From positions 177,949 to 226,796 of the forward strand of contig PDIP01000020.1 of the NCBI GenBank assembly GCA_002811645.1: a DNA stretch of 48,848 nt, in the 5' to 3' direction. Position numbers and translations under genes: made by a program. Shown here in pieces: positions 19,448 to 31,100 of the stretch (positions are counted from its first letter, which is position 1; every line of letters starts with the position of its first letter). The notes under the pieces were generated by a model. It was not told where the DNA came from. It saw only the letters and a program-made list of their open reading frames with translations, and searched no databases. This DNA comes from Corallochytrium limacisporum Hawaii. Taxonomy: Eukaryota > Protista > Pluriformea.

Positions 19448-22400
19448 TTAACTTTTTTCGTGGTAGCCACCGAGGACGTATTCCTTAACAGCAGCGCGCT
19501 CAGACTCGTCTTCTCGACGCGAACTTGTACTTCTGGCAAGAATTGAATCTCCTGGCAAGGCTACGTTGCGGACCTGTGACTTCTCTCCTTTCTTCATCAT
19601 GACTTTGAATTGTGGCTGACTGTCGGCCAAGACTTGATCTTTCTTCTTGTTAATTATGCGACCTGGTAGCGCAGCATTGAAGCGCTGTTGTCTTGTGGTT
19701 TCTTGGTTTCGCTCCATCATAGCTTCGTTCATGACCTTATCGAACTCGTTAACAAAGTCATCATCGTCGGGGTCATATCCAACTACGTCGTCCTCATCGG
19801 AATCATATGCCAATGCCTTGGCCTCTGCAGCCTTGACTGCCACATCATCTTCGCTCTCAGAGTCGGATGCATATTCACTGGCATCTTCTGTGCTATCTTG
19901 TAAAGAATCAGAGAGATCTGACGAGGTATAGTCACTAGAGCTGGTGTAGTCAGATTCATAGTCAGACTCAGTAGTCTCTGTGTTGCTAGAACTCATTTCA
20001 TCTACATCGCCTTCTACAGTATCCTCTTCCACATCCATATCGGACATGTCTACTTCATCCTCTCCTTCATCAGGTTCAGAGTCGAGGTCAGCGTTGTCTG
20101 CGAAGCGGCCAAGGGCGCGTGCCTCAATAGCTTGTACAGCTGCCGTTGCTTCCGCGTAGTTGGCGTAGTTCACCCTGACAATTCGCTGAAGAGGACCCAT
20201 GCAATCCTCCAGCATAAACTGTGTCTCCATTGGCAATGGTCGTTGCTTGCGGTGAATGTACTGCATGAAGTAGGCGATGAAGAACTCCAGCCGCTTTTGT
20301 TGCACTGCTTTGCTCAAATAAGGCACAGCACTTTCCAGGATAGTACACACCATACGGATGCGGAAATAGTCATCATACGGATCGCATGCAGGTCCCTCAG
20401 GATTCTGATCAGTTTGCTCGTCGTGTCCGAAGAAGAGGACGGAATATAGTGTGTCGAAGAGAATAGACGCCTCTGCAACTTTGAAGACGAACAATTCACT
20501 GAAGAACTTGGCTATAGCACACCTACGGCGATTGTACTTGCCGTGGTTAATCTCCAGACCAAGTCGAATGTCTTCAAGAACCGCGTCCAGAACTCGTACA
20601 CCTACATCATCATGGTACTGTGTGATAGACGCCACCACAGCTGCCAATGCCCCAACATTAACATAGTTCACTTTCCACGCTTTTGACAATACCTTAACAA
20701 TTTCCCGTTTGATCTGCTTTGATCTCCAGTCGAAGCGACGCAGTAGCTTCACAGTGTGATCGACATTCTTGATGCTTAAGTCCTTGCGAATGATCCTGCG
20801 TAGGAACAATTGTGCATAATTCATTTCCTTGCCGACAATCTTCTTGCGTTCCGGTGGATTACATGTGCAGTAAGCATTTTCGATCATATCCACGTGACGC
20901 TGTTCGAGGTGCTGTACATTCTTCTTTCTTACCATGACTTCCAAGAGGGTAACCAGACGTGGGTTACTGTCATGGCATAGGAACAAGAAACGACCACAGG
21001 TGTCAAGCAAGGAACATGCCATATCGATGTCGTGGTTGGTAAAGTTTGTGATGAGCGCATGAAAGCAGTTAAGAGCATCATTCTTCTCAATCTGTCCAAA
21101 CTTCGTAAGTTCACCGATGAGAACCATGTTACGTATCTTTGATTCCAAGTCTTTTTGGTCACGCTTCACAACCATAGCGTGGAATTCTTGTTGAAGCATG
21201 CCAGCGAGTGTGGTTCCGATGTCTGGAGTTACCTGGCTCACATTTGCTATGAATCGACAATAAAAAGGCATGAGGTCAAATCGATTTCTGGGCATGTTAA
21301 AAACCATCTTCACAAGTCTTGCACGAAAGATCTTGTTGTTGATACCGCAAAATTCACGACTTAGCTCGTCAATCCTTTGTCTAGTCATCGCTTTGGGCAG
21401 TTCGGTCACTAGACCATCCCATACCAGTCCACGAGATACGGTCTCGTGTTGCTCCCGCTGCTTAGCATCGCCGCCATCGACATCCTTTTGATGCTTTCCA
21501 TTGTAGCTCCCATACGCATGCTTGGTGAAGGTGGACATGTCACCGGGCGTTAGCTCCATCTGTGGTTCTGGCTTCGGCTGCTTGGTCTCCTTTTGATTAG
21601 AACTTGGTATAAACTTGCGAAGATTTGCTAAGTCTTCATAGAATTCTTTTGACTCTACGTCTGGCCAAGTGTTCTCCTGTTTGCCATCTTTCGTTTCTAA
21701 TTGTGGCTTGAGACTTGTCAGCGGTGGTCCATTTTGTTTTGGTACGGCTTCTTCAACATTGTGACTTTCCCTCCTGGTTTTGGCAGCAGATGGTTCGGCG
21801 CCAATAAGGTCATACATCTGCTCCATATTGGCCCGTACTTTCTCTAGGTTCTTGGAAACGACCTCGTATGCATCCTTTTGTTCCTGTGTGATCTTGCCAG
21901 ATGCAAGAATAGCGTCGCGCTGCTCCTTCTCTTGGATAGTCATTTCCTCGTTCCATGTCTTCGCTGTAGACAGACAGACCTTAATGTAGGCTTGAGTCCA
22001 CACCAGTGCTTGTTTCTGTTTTTCGACTGCAACGGAACTGTCCATTGGATAGTCTTCTAAAGGAACGTCTGCATTCTCCAACAATGTCCTAGTCGACCCA
22101 GGGATTACGCCAAAGATCTCCTGAGAATGCTGCCTTAGAAAACCAACAATTACATTTGTATGTGCAATGGTCACTTCAGGGATACAGAGGAGTTCGCGGT
22201 ATACAGCCATCAGAGGGGTAACCTCAGGTAGGAATCCCATGTCCCACAAGACACCAAGCAATCTGAGCACTGTCCTCATCCCCGTCAGCCTTGTGATTTT
22301 GTCTCCTTCACCATCGGGTGCAATTGCTATTTTCACATTCCGCTTCACCACTTGAAGGAATGCACTCCCAAACTCACTATATCTTTGGTGGAACGCACAT

Positions 22401-22747
22401 GCCACTTTACCGGCGGTGGCATACTCAGTTGTCCTTTTTAACTGGGTTTCTGCAATTGACGCAGCCGCCTCAGTCACGTATTTCGTGAGATTCAAGCTCT
22501 TGAACTCTTTTAGTAGCTGTTCCTCATTGTCTGGCGATATGTTGGTCTTAAGCTTTTTCACAAAGGCTGTGTTTTTCTTTAATGAGCTATCGAGTTTGCG
22601 CAGTTCATCCCGACTAGGTCGTTGAGGAGTTTTATTTTCTTCACGAAGCTTCTTTCGCTCCTCGATCCTTTCCTTTTGCTTCTTTATCACCTGCTGGGCC
22701 TGGGCCAAGGCCAAGGACGTGTGTTCCGGGTCGTCGTCAAAATTCAT
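19448..22747 (-). CDS. UPF2: Nonsense-mediated decay factor UPF2 (three MIF4G domains, acidic linker, C-terminal UPF1-binding region)
   Basis: KLDSSLKKNTAFVKKLK, LNLTKYVTEAA, W.D.E.K.FYEDL, RFDLMPFYCRF, LESKIRN...IGELTKF, CSLLDTCGRFL, IENAYCTCNPP, FRIRMVCTILE. Confidence 0.97.
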   Translation of the reverse strand: MNFDDDPEHTSLALAQAQQVIKKQKERIEERKKLREENKTPQRPSRDELRKLDSSLKKNTAFVKKLKTNISPDNEEQLLKEFKSLNLTKYVTEAAASIAETQLKRTTEYATAGKVACAFHQRYSEFGSAFLQVVKRNVKIAIAPDGEGDKITRLTGMRTVLRLLGVLWDMGFLPEVTPLMAVYRELLCIPEVTIAHTNVIVGFLRQHSQEIFGVIPGSTRTLLENADVPLEDYPMDSSVAVEKQKQALVWTQAYIKVCLSTAKTWNEEMTIQEKEQRDAILASGKITQEQKDAYEVVSKNLEKVRANMEQMYDLIGAEPSAAKTRRESHNVEEAVPKQNGPPLTSLKPQLETKDGKQENTWPDVESKEFYEDLANLRKFIPSSNQKETKQPKPEPQMELTPGDMSTFTKHAYGSYNGKHQKDVDGGDAKQREQHETVSRGLVWDGLVTELPKAMTRQRIDELSREFCGINNKIFRARLVKMVFNMPRNRFDLMPFYCRFIANVSQVTPDIGTTLAGMLQQEFHAMVVKRDQKDLESKIRNMVLIGELTKFGQIEKNDALNCFHALITNFTNHDIDMACSLLDTCGRFLFLCHDSNPRLVTLLEVMVRKKNVQHLEQRHVDMIENAYCTCNPPERKKIVGKEMNYAQLFLRRIIRKDLSIKNVDHTVKLLRRFDWRSKQIKREIVKVLSKAWKVNYVNVGALAAVVASITQYHDDVGVRVLDAVLEDIRLGLEINHGKYNRRRCAIAKFFSELFVFKVAEASILFDTLYSVLFFGHDEQTDQNPEGPACDPYDDYFRIRMVCTILESAVPYLSKAVQQKRLEFFIAYFMQYIHRKQRPLPMETQFMLEDCMGPLQRIVRVNYANYAEATAAVQAIEARALGRFADNADLDSEPDEGEDEVDMSDMDVEEDTVEGDVDEMSSSNTETTESDYESDYTSSSDYTSSDLSDSLQDSTEDASEYASDSESEDDVAVKAAEAKALAYDSDEDDVVGYDPDDDDFVNEFDKVMNEAMMERNQETTRQQRFNAALPGRIINKKKDQVLADSQPQFKVMMKKGEKSQVRNVALPGDSILARSTSSRREDESERAAVKEYVLGGYHEKS

Positions 22748-23114
22748 ATTGACGATGGTTCCTCAGGCCATGATCCTTCTCAGCATTGAATATCAAAATA
22801 TTCCCATATCTGTAGTGCATACATTCAACACTTGAATCTATGTAATTGTTGAGATGCGACTCTCTGTTGTACCACGTTTGCAAAATAGCAATCCCTATCA
22901 GCAAGGAAACAACTGCGTAGGACCCCTCATGGGGAGAACTTCTTCCCTCCCCTGGGTGAGGCCGATTCCTTCAGGAACCTGGGCACAAACGACACTTGCT
23001 TTCGCTAAGACCCAAGGAGCGACACCTACTTAAACTATCAGTCGCTGACCCACATTCTCTCTCATCAATTGTTGAATAAGGAGTGGCTGACGGAAAAACT
23101 TAGAGAACAAAACC

Positions 23115-24155
23115 ATGGCTTCAACGGAACCGGGAAGGCCTGCTCGAAAGCCGGTAGCGTCACACTCGCCCACAGCAGCGCATCCAAACTTTCGTACGGC
23201 GCAGGACAAAGATCCCCCATTTTTGATTGTCCAGGGCATGGCTGGTGCTGGTAAGACAACCCTCATGCAGAGACTGGCATCGTTTGTGTCACAGAAGAAA
23301 AAGCGACCATACTGCATGAATTTGGATCCTGCCGTTTTGGAAGTGCCGTTCCCTGCCAGCATCGACATTCGGGACTCCGTCAAGTATAAAGAAGTCATGA
23401 AGCAGTATGGTTTGGGGCCCAATGGAGCAATTGTAACTTCCCTGAATCTATTTGCCACGCGCTTCGATCAGGTGGTGAGTATTCTGGAACAGCGTATTGG
23501 AGAAGTGGATTACATGCTATGCGATACTCCGGGCCAAATTGAGGTGATGACCTGGTCGGCCTCAGGTCAGATTCTTATGGAATCGGTTGCCTCTATGATG
23601 CCAACTGTCCAACTGTTCATCGTGGACACTCCTCGGTGCACAAGTCCAATCACATTCATGTCAAATATGCTGTACGCATGCAGTATTATGTATAAAAACC
23701 GACTGCCGATGGTGATAGTCTTCAACAAAATCGATGTGGCCGACTCAAGACCTGCACGGGAATGGATGGATGACTTTCTCGCTTTCGAGGAAGCCCTTGC
23801 CGCTGAGCACAGCTATTCAGGTGACCTAGCTCGCTCTATGGCTTTGTCTCTTGATGAATTTTACCATCTTATTCCTTCAGTCGGTGTCTCGGCTATGACT
23901 GGACAGGGATTTGATGAGCTCTTGGACCGAATCGAGGAAGCCCGCAAAAACTACTTTGAAGATTATGTACCATTCCTTGATGAGATGCGTAGCAAGCCAA
24001 GGCCAGTGCTTGAGAGTGGTATCGCGCCAGGAGAGTTGTCAGAAGTCGACGACGAGGAAGGAAAAGACTCAGAAGACGAGATTGAAGCGGATGAGCAAGA
24101 AAACAATGAGAACACACAGTGGTCAACATTTGCACGCCCTGTTCGGGGCCCATGA
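23115..24155 (+). CDS. GPN1: GPN-loop GTPase 1 (RNA polymerase II biogenesis)
   Basis: GMAGAGKTT, NLDPAV, IDIRD, YGLGPNGAIVTSLNLFATRFDQV, DTPGQIE..TWSASG, FMSNMLYACSI, NKID. Confidence 0.97.
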   Translation: MASTEPGRPARKPVASHSPTAAHPNFRTAQDKDPPFLIVQGMAGAGKTTLMQRLASFVSQKKKRPYCMNLDPAVLEVPFPASIDIRDSVKYKEVMKQYGLGPNGAIVTSLNLFATRFDQVVSILEQRIGEVDYMLCDTPGQIEVMTWSASGQILMESVASMMPTVQLFIVDTPRCTSPITFMSNMLYACSIMYKNRLPMVIVFNKIDVADSRPAREWMDDFLAFEEALAAEHSYSGDLARSMALSLDEFYHLIPSVGVSAMTGQGFDELLDRIEEARKNYFEDYVPFLDEMRSKPRPVLESGIAPGELSEVDDEEGKDSEDEIEADEQENNENTQWSTFARPVRGP

Positions 24156-24192
24156 ATGTTCCGGTTTGATATAGGCATATATAAACTAAATT

Positions 24193-24585
24193 TCATTCTG
24201 ACACCATTTTCTTATGCTTTGTAAGGAATGCGTTCCGAATTCTAACTCCTTTTTCGAATGTAGTGAGGTCCAGCCCAACTAGTTCTCGGCGAATCCGAGC
24301 TCTAACGATCGGATGATATGGTTGACCAGGAATCGTTGGTGGCATCAGATCCATCTCTCCAATAAACTGATATAGTTCCATGTGTCGCCAGACGAGATCA
24401 TCATCCAACCAGTCTGTCCTAATCGCCAGTTTGGTGTCTTTGTGACATATGTATACTATGTTTTGGTCTGTATCGGTCTCTGACAGATACCCTGTTACCC
24501 GAACATTGCTCCCTTTCAGACGACCCGCTTCTTTGTAAACCTCCTCGAGGAATAGCATCATACCGGGTTTTAACGTGGTTGGCAT
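24193..24585 (-). CDS. TEN1: CST complex subunit TEN1 (single OB fold, 130 aa)
   Basis: KPG...EV...GSNVRVTGYL; LYQFIGE; VRARI....GLDL..FEK match animal/plant-type TEN1. Confidence 0.85.
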   Translation of the reverse strand: MPTTLKPGMMLFLEEVYKEAGRLKGSNVRVTGYLSETDTDQNIVYICHKDTKLAIRTDWLDDDLVWRHMELYQFIGEMDLMPPTIPGQPYHPIVRARIRRELVGLDLTTFEKGVRIRNAFLTKHKKMVSE

Positions 24586-25114
24586 ATTTGCGGATTAAAT
24601 CTGATAGCTGCAGCATCTACATGACACCACACCACTGCCCGTATAGTCTTACCCTCCAAATACCGCGCACCCAGGAAGGTTATGAGCTCACAATTCCCGA
24701 CAAGCAATTCGCGCCATACAGTCATGCAAAATTAGACTCCCGAATTCAAAGCCATTGTTGAATTTATACCAGCTCAACAGACGAAGGATCTTGGGTCATA
24801 TACGGGAAACAGCGTCCGCTTTCTCAAATTTCATGGAGAGGGACCCTCCGCGGACCAAGATGATCCGTCCTAACGATGGTGAGGTACCACATTTTGGCGG
24901 CACAACGATATGCATCATGAGCACCGTCGATGTCGAATTCTCGTATTTGACTTTAGATTTCTTAGAACGTGTGGAACATTCATGAAAACCAGCTATATGC
25001 AATACCTAGAGTCCTCACTTGTTAGGAAGCGAAGACAAAAGATCACTGTGAGCAACACCAATTCTTCAAGATGAACTGCCGAGTCGTCGCAATATACTTT
25101 ACACCGTACAACCG

Positions 25115-28100
25115 ATGAGTAGGGGAAACACATCTTGGACGGTGCTAAAGCGCCGCTTTGGACAATATGCAACTCTTCAAGACGATGATGCAAGAGATCA
25201 GAATCTCGACGAGTGCTTAGCATGTTTTTACGAACTCAACATCACCCCCAAAGAACCGGTAGAGACATTAGAAGAACGTTTTCCTGACGTTAGAGTTTTC
25301 CTTTTCCATTTGAGTCGTCGATTTTGTCGAGAGGTCAAGCAAAGGGCAGAGAGAAAGAGCCGATCTGTAGCAGCTGCTACATTGCTGGAGTTCTTCAAGG
25401 GCCAGAACCCTGCTGATCCTGTCGGCGCCTTGCTCCTGGCCATATTGGAATACATCTCGGAACAGACGGAAACATTACTAGAGCCGGTAATTCGCGCATC
25501 TCTGCCGTGCACATTGGTCAAATGTATTCAACTATTTCTTGACACCCCGGAAGAGTCAACAGTCTATAATGCTGACCTGGCGGCAAGAATTCTAGACTTG
25601 CTGAGGCAAATTTCGAAGACAAAGGGAGTCTTTGAGCTACTGGCGCAATCTGATGACCTGGAGCTGCTATACAATGCAGCAGCAAGTATACCGCCACAAC
25701 ACAATCGAGTATGGCGGACTGTGGCCCAGGACACTATGCTTGCGATGGCTCGGCGCTTCGAGAAATCGGATTTCATTTCATACCTGCGGAGTACCGAGTA
25801 CGTGAATCAGTCTCTTGTCGAAATAATTCCCTCGGAAGTGAACGTCACTAGTGCAGTGAATATCATCACTAATCTGACAGCCGTGCTACGCGTCCTCAGT
25901 GATGCCGATACTTCACTAATCCAGGACTTCGACGACAGCAATGGATATGAAGTGCTGGTGGCATATATCTTGCGAGAAGACGAAGCAGCAGCAAATGAGC
26001 AGAGGGCAGTTTTGAACGACGCATTGAAATGTATCACGATCCTGTTTGATCACCTTCTGCTGGGTACTGAAGAAATCAACCCCAACATCTTGGACGACAT
26101 GGTCGGGTATCGTATAACTGGCGGAGATTCAGGTCCAGTCCAGGCTGATGACGAAAGAGACTTTCGAGTGAGCAATCTGCGACCCTTAAACCGTTTAGTT
26201 GATCTGTTCGATCAACTAAAAACGGGCGATCTCAGAGGAATGTTTCTGGACAGTATGATGAATGTGTGCTCTATGTATGCTGAAAATTTTGTGATAATTC
26301 ATTCTCAGCGATCCCTTGACGTTTTCTTGGCCGGATTCGAAACAAACACACCCGAAATCAGAATGAGGTTGCTGAAGCTATTTGAGTTTGTGATATGTTC
26401 TGTCGGCTTTGTCCCTCTTCAATGTGTCCTGTTTCTGAAAGACAAGTACGTTTCCATACCTTCAGATGAGATTTCCCTGGAAATTAGCTCCCTTTTTCAT
26501 AAGATGATTAAGTTTGATGATCGTATGGTAGATGTACTGGACAAAGTCGACTTGCCGAGCTCGTTGATGCTTAGACTTCGGGACGAGGCCCAAGCAGGTC
26601 GACCAACGTTAAGCAGCTTAATTCTACGAGATTTCCTGTCTCTTCTTTCCGAGATTTTAAAGGTCTCTACCGGTGTTGCCTTGGTCTTTTTTGAAGACAT
26701 TGCACCGAGGGTCCTTGAATTTGTATATGTGGACGATTTGTATCCACAAATCATGTACATCGTACAGACGGGTCTGCGCAACATTCAAAAGATTGGAGTG
26801 CCGCTTACAAGGACAATTTTTGAGCTTCTAAATTCCATTCCGCTCACGCAAGTCGATATCCTTCTGCGATTAATGCGAGACCTGACACGCTTCGCTTTAC
26901 AGAATGACCAGATCAAATCGTATTTCCGTGATAGCGGAACGTTCACATTCTCCAACGGCGTGCTGGGAAACTTCTCCGGTCGGGTTGCACGGTCTGTTAC
27001 ATTTGATCTGGCCAATGCTGAGGAATTCGTTTGTCTGCTGATTGACTTTCAGGCTACGATTTCATACAATAATCAGGCCAACAGAGCTGTGTTCATCAGG
27101 CAATACTGCTATGGCCCGGCCCTACCAAGCAACATGCAAACAATGGACATCATTGGCTCAGAGAAGGTGTACAATAAGCTCTTTCAGGCTGCGCAAGGAG
27201 TAATTGCTGGGGATCGGATTAACTTTAGGCGTCCAGACAATGGACTAATTCCCTCCGCCCGACATGAAATGTTGCCCATCCCGGAAATCATGTCAGCTGT
27301 GCTCCAGATTGCGTTTAGGGACAGCCGAGAGCGCCGGTTAAGTATTTTTGATCGGATTTTGGAATTGGTGCAGAGGAAGGATATACCATCATACCAGCAA
27401 AAAAGACTCGTAGAAGTCCTAAGCCAAACACGATTCCTCAAGCTTTTGCTCATATCTTTAGAGTATTCGGATATCGCTGATGAACAACTGATGGATCGAT
27501 CACTGCAACTGATCAAAATCCTTGGTCGGTGCCGTATTTTGGCAAGTGAATTGAAAGTGCTTCTGAAGATTTATCACTCAGCAACTTCTGATGTTCTCAG
27601 GAAGGATTTGCTGAGAGTCCTGTCCGACTTGACTCCTGATCCTGACTACGGAGATATCAACCCTCCAGACTGCCTCGAATTGGATGGTAGCAAGCTAGGA
27701 TATGCAGGTATCATCTTACCTGTACTGCAAGAGCAGCAATTTGGAATGCCATTCTCTGCATCCCTGTGGTTCCAAATGGCCCAGAATGATCCCAATTCTG
27801 ATGGGAATGGAATGGTGCCCCTGTTCCGTGTTGTGGATCTTCACCACGTACTGGGCTCCAAGGCCAGAATTGATGCTAGTAATGGCACTGTTTTTGGATG
27901 TGGCATTGACGCTCGGACAGGAAGACTTATTGTTTCCTTTGCTGACGGAACCGGACACTTGTTCACGTTTTCATTCAACACAGGGCAGTGGTACAATCTG
28001 ACTATCACCGTGGCGCACCTAAAAGCCGATATCAAGAAAGCGGTCTGCCAGGTTGCTGTTGATGGCATGCATTTAGAGGCCTACAAGTTCAGGAGCGCGT

Positions 28101-31100
28101 CTATGCAGGTTTCTGCCATATCTGAATCACAATGTTATAGTAGTCTGGTACTTGGCAGCTTGCCAAATGATCTAGCTGCAAGGAGTGTGTTCATTGTTAG
28201 ATTTTCGAATTTCTTCATGTGGGATTGTGTGCTATCACACACGGCCCCTGGCCTCATTTTCAATGCGGGAATTAATTACAACGGGAGTTTTTCTGACCGA
28301 CTCAAGTCGTTCCAGACCTATGAGATCCTCACACCTGAAGCCATTTCGCAATTGAATGGTGACTTCAGCAATCTTGGTTCTCTGGACCTCGGAAAGAGTC
28401 GTAGCCAGCTGCCAGCCATGGGAAGACAGATCTGTGGGCTTCCGTGCAATGATTTGATGCCAATGATGCTGGGAAACATTGACTCCCGTTCACTGAGCGT
28501 TGTCAAATCTTTAGTGCGCATGATTCCGTGTACTGATAATCGTCTTCCGTTTTATGGCACTAGCAACGTGATCGCCAAGAAACCTGGCAAGTTGTCGCAA
28601 ATGGCATTTTTGATTGGAGGAGCTAGTGCATATGCTCATCAGCGCATCCCTGAGTCTATACACATAGTCGGAGGCATGGCACTGGTTCTAAAGATGGTAG
28701 CTGATACTGACTCGTCGGAAGAGCTGGAGCTTATGTGTGCCTTTCTGACCAAATGTGTTCGATATTGCGCTGTCAATACGAGGGAAATGGAGAGAACAGT
28801 TGGCTGGCATATTTTGAGTTTAATTTTGGCGAACAAGTATTCTCTGGTGACGGAAAATGTGGTTGATCATCTTTTCCGCATTTCAGGTAGCCAGTCAAAT
28901 CCTAAACTGGCGGTTCTCTGCAACAGCTTCAGTTTGCTAAGCGTATGGTTTAAATTCGATACGTGGAAACACTGTACTCTAACTGTCCAAAAGAGGATTA
29001 CCCACCATCTTCTAGCCATATTCGAGATCAGTGACCTGAGAAAGTTCAACATCTGGCGAGTACAAAGTCAACGTTTTCCGTTTATGGAAAGAGTACTGGA
29101 AGCCATTTGCTCTGCAGCAATCAAAGACGAAGTACGGCAAGACCTTGTGCGCCTTCTGTTCATTTTCACTTGTGAAATTAATCGATGTGCCGCTGCAGAC
29201 TGTGGAAAGCTCAGAACCTTTTTGTTGAGCACAATTGCAGATGTCAAAGGCAATGAGTCGTGTTCAACATCAAACACAGAAATACGGGATTCCTTTGCAC
29301 CCGGATCGGATCGTGCCATCGCCATTCGCAATGATATTCTGGAGGGCCTGTGGAGTCTTACTAGAACACACTCTGTTGCGGTCACGGAATTGTTGACCAC
29401 CCGCATCGGTATCAATGTTTTTCAGATTCTCATGCACCCAGGGTGCAACGAGTACACCCAGGATCTCTGTCTGCAAATCATCCTTCGATGGCATCAGGTG
29501 GGTGATGTCCATCGAATTGAGGGAGTCGATGCTAAGTACCAAGTCCTTATGAAAGTGTCGAATTGCCTCACCAGTGGACATATTGGAAGTCGACCGGTGC
29601 AACTGCTTTTCGCAGCAGCTCTTGGTGTCGACCTGAAGACTTTTTCATATAGTACATCAGATGATTTCGACTTGGTAATTGGTCATATCATCGAGTCTGG
29701 TTTGAGTGGCGAAAACCGAATGAGGTTGCAGCCTGCCTGTCTGCACATACTAGTTGAAGTTGCAATCTCCCTAGCCTGTCAGGGAGACCAAATCCCCATG
29801 ATTAATGCAATCATGAAAGGCCTTACTGCTGTCATAAAGAATGATGTCAGTTTTCGCACCTGCCTTCTGCAATACTCATCAATCGACCGAATGTTTCTGT
29901 GCATGTACAATGGTCATGACATAGTGAACGAGACTGCAGACCTACACCGAGGTAGCTATAAGCCACCGCTAGCCAAGCTGAGCCTGCTGTACAAGGATCT
30001 TCAGATTGCGCGACATGGTCATGATCAGGCAAATGATGCAGCGAGCAAAAAAGGATTGAGTGGTTTCTTGTCAAGAATGATCCAGAACGCTGACTCGCCA
30101 TCTGTTCGCATGGAGTTGGAAAGATCCAAGCAAAGTACGGTGTTTGACGAACCGGCCGATATAGCTGACTGGGAAATTGTTGACTACAAAGACGAAACGG
30201 AACCTAATGAGTTTGAAACTGTTGGACAATCATCGCAGCAATTTGTCAGTGCTGACATTGTTGAAGTCATGAAGCCGTTCTTGCAGTTGCTATTTTCACT
30301 GGAGTTGCATGCTGTCTCAACTTCCACACCTGTGTTCGTCTTCTACGCGGTGGAAACCCCAGCGACCACCTTGGAGACTCCACAGCGTACGATGAGCGCA
30401 AGGCTCTGGGAGACTCTTTGGCCAATTGTTACCACCGAGAGCGTAAATGCTGTGGAGCAGGCGACTAGTCGGACTCTCCATGAGGTCACTGACAAGGTAC
30501 TACATTCAATCATTCGCTTTTGGGAGCCAGCGATCACCGGGTACATGGCAGTAACAGCATTGGATGTCACCAATGCCTTTTTGATGATCATCCGTGTACT
30601 TATACGGCGCAATGTCGCGATTGATGGCAAATACCTCAGTAGCAAAATTCCGTACCTACGAAAATTCACGTACGGACTTCTCAGTCAAGTGTCCGTTGAT
30701 CTTCTTGAGGGATTGACCACGGCGACAGAGTTTGCGCGCCTGCTGATGTCTAACCAAGATGTTTTTTTTGCAGAAAGTAACAAAAGCGAGCATTTCTATC
30801 CTTTGGTACTGCGCCAATTGTTTAAGAGCATGAACAGTACGAACGTGACGGAGCGAAATTTTGCCACAGAGGCGCTTATCGGCCTCGTTCGAATGCAGTC
30901 AAATCGGGTGAGGACCTTGCTTATCGAAGGCGAGTACAATTTATACAACAATGGCTTGGATCTCATCATCCGTAAAGACCAAAAAGTATTCCTCCAATGG
31001 TGGAAAGAACACAGTCTTACAGTTCTCGCATACATGGAAAACCGGATCCTCAAAGAAAGCGAAGACATTGTCAACAGGGTGATGATCGAAGCTACGCAGA

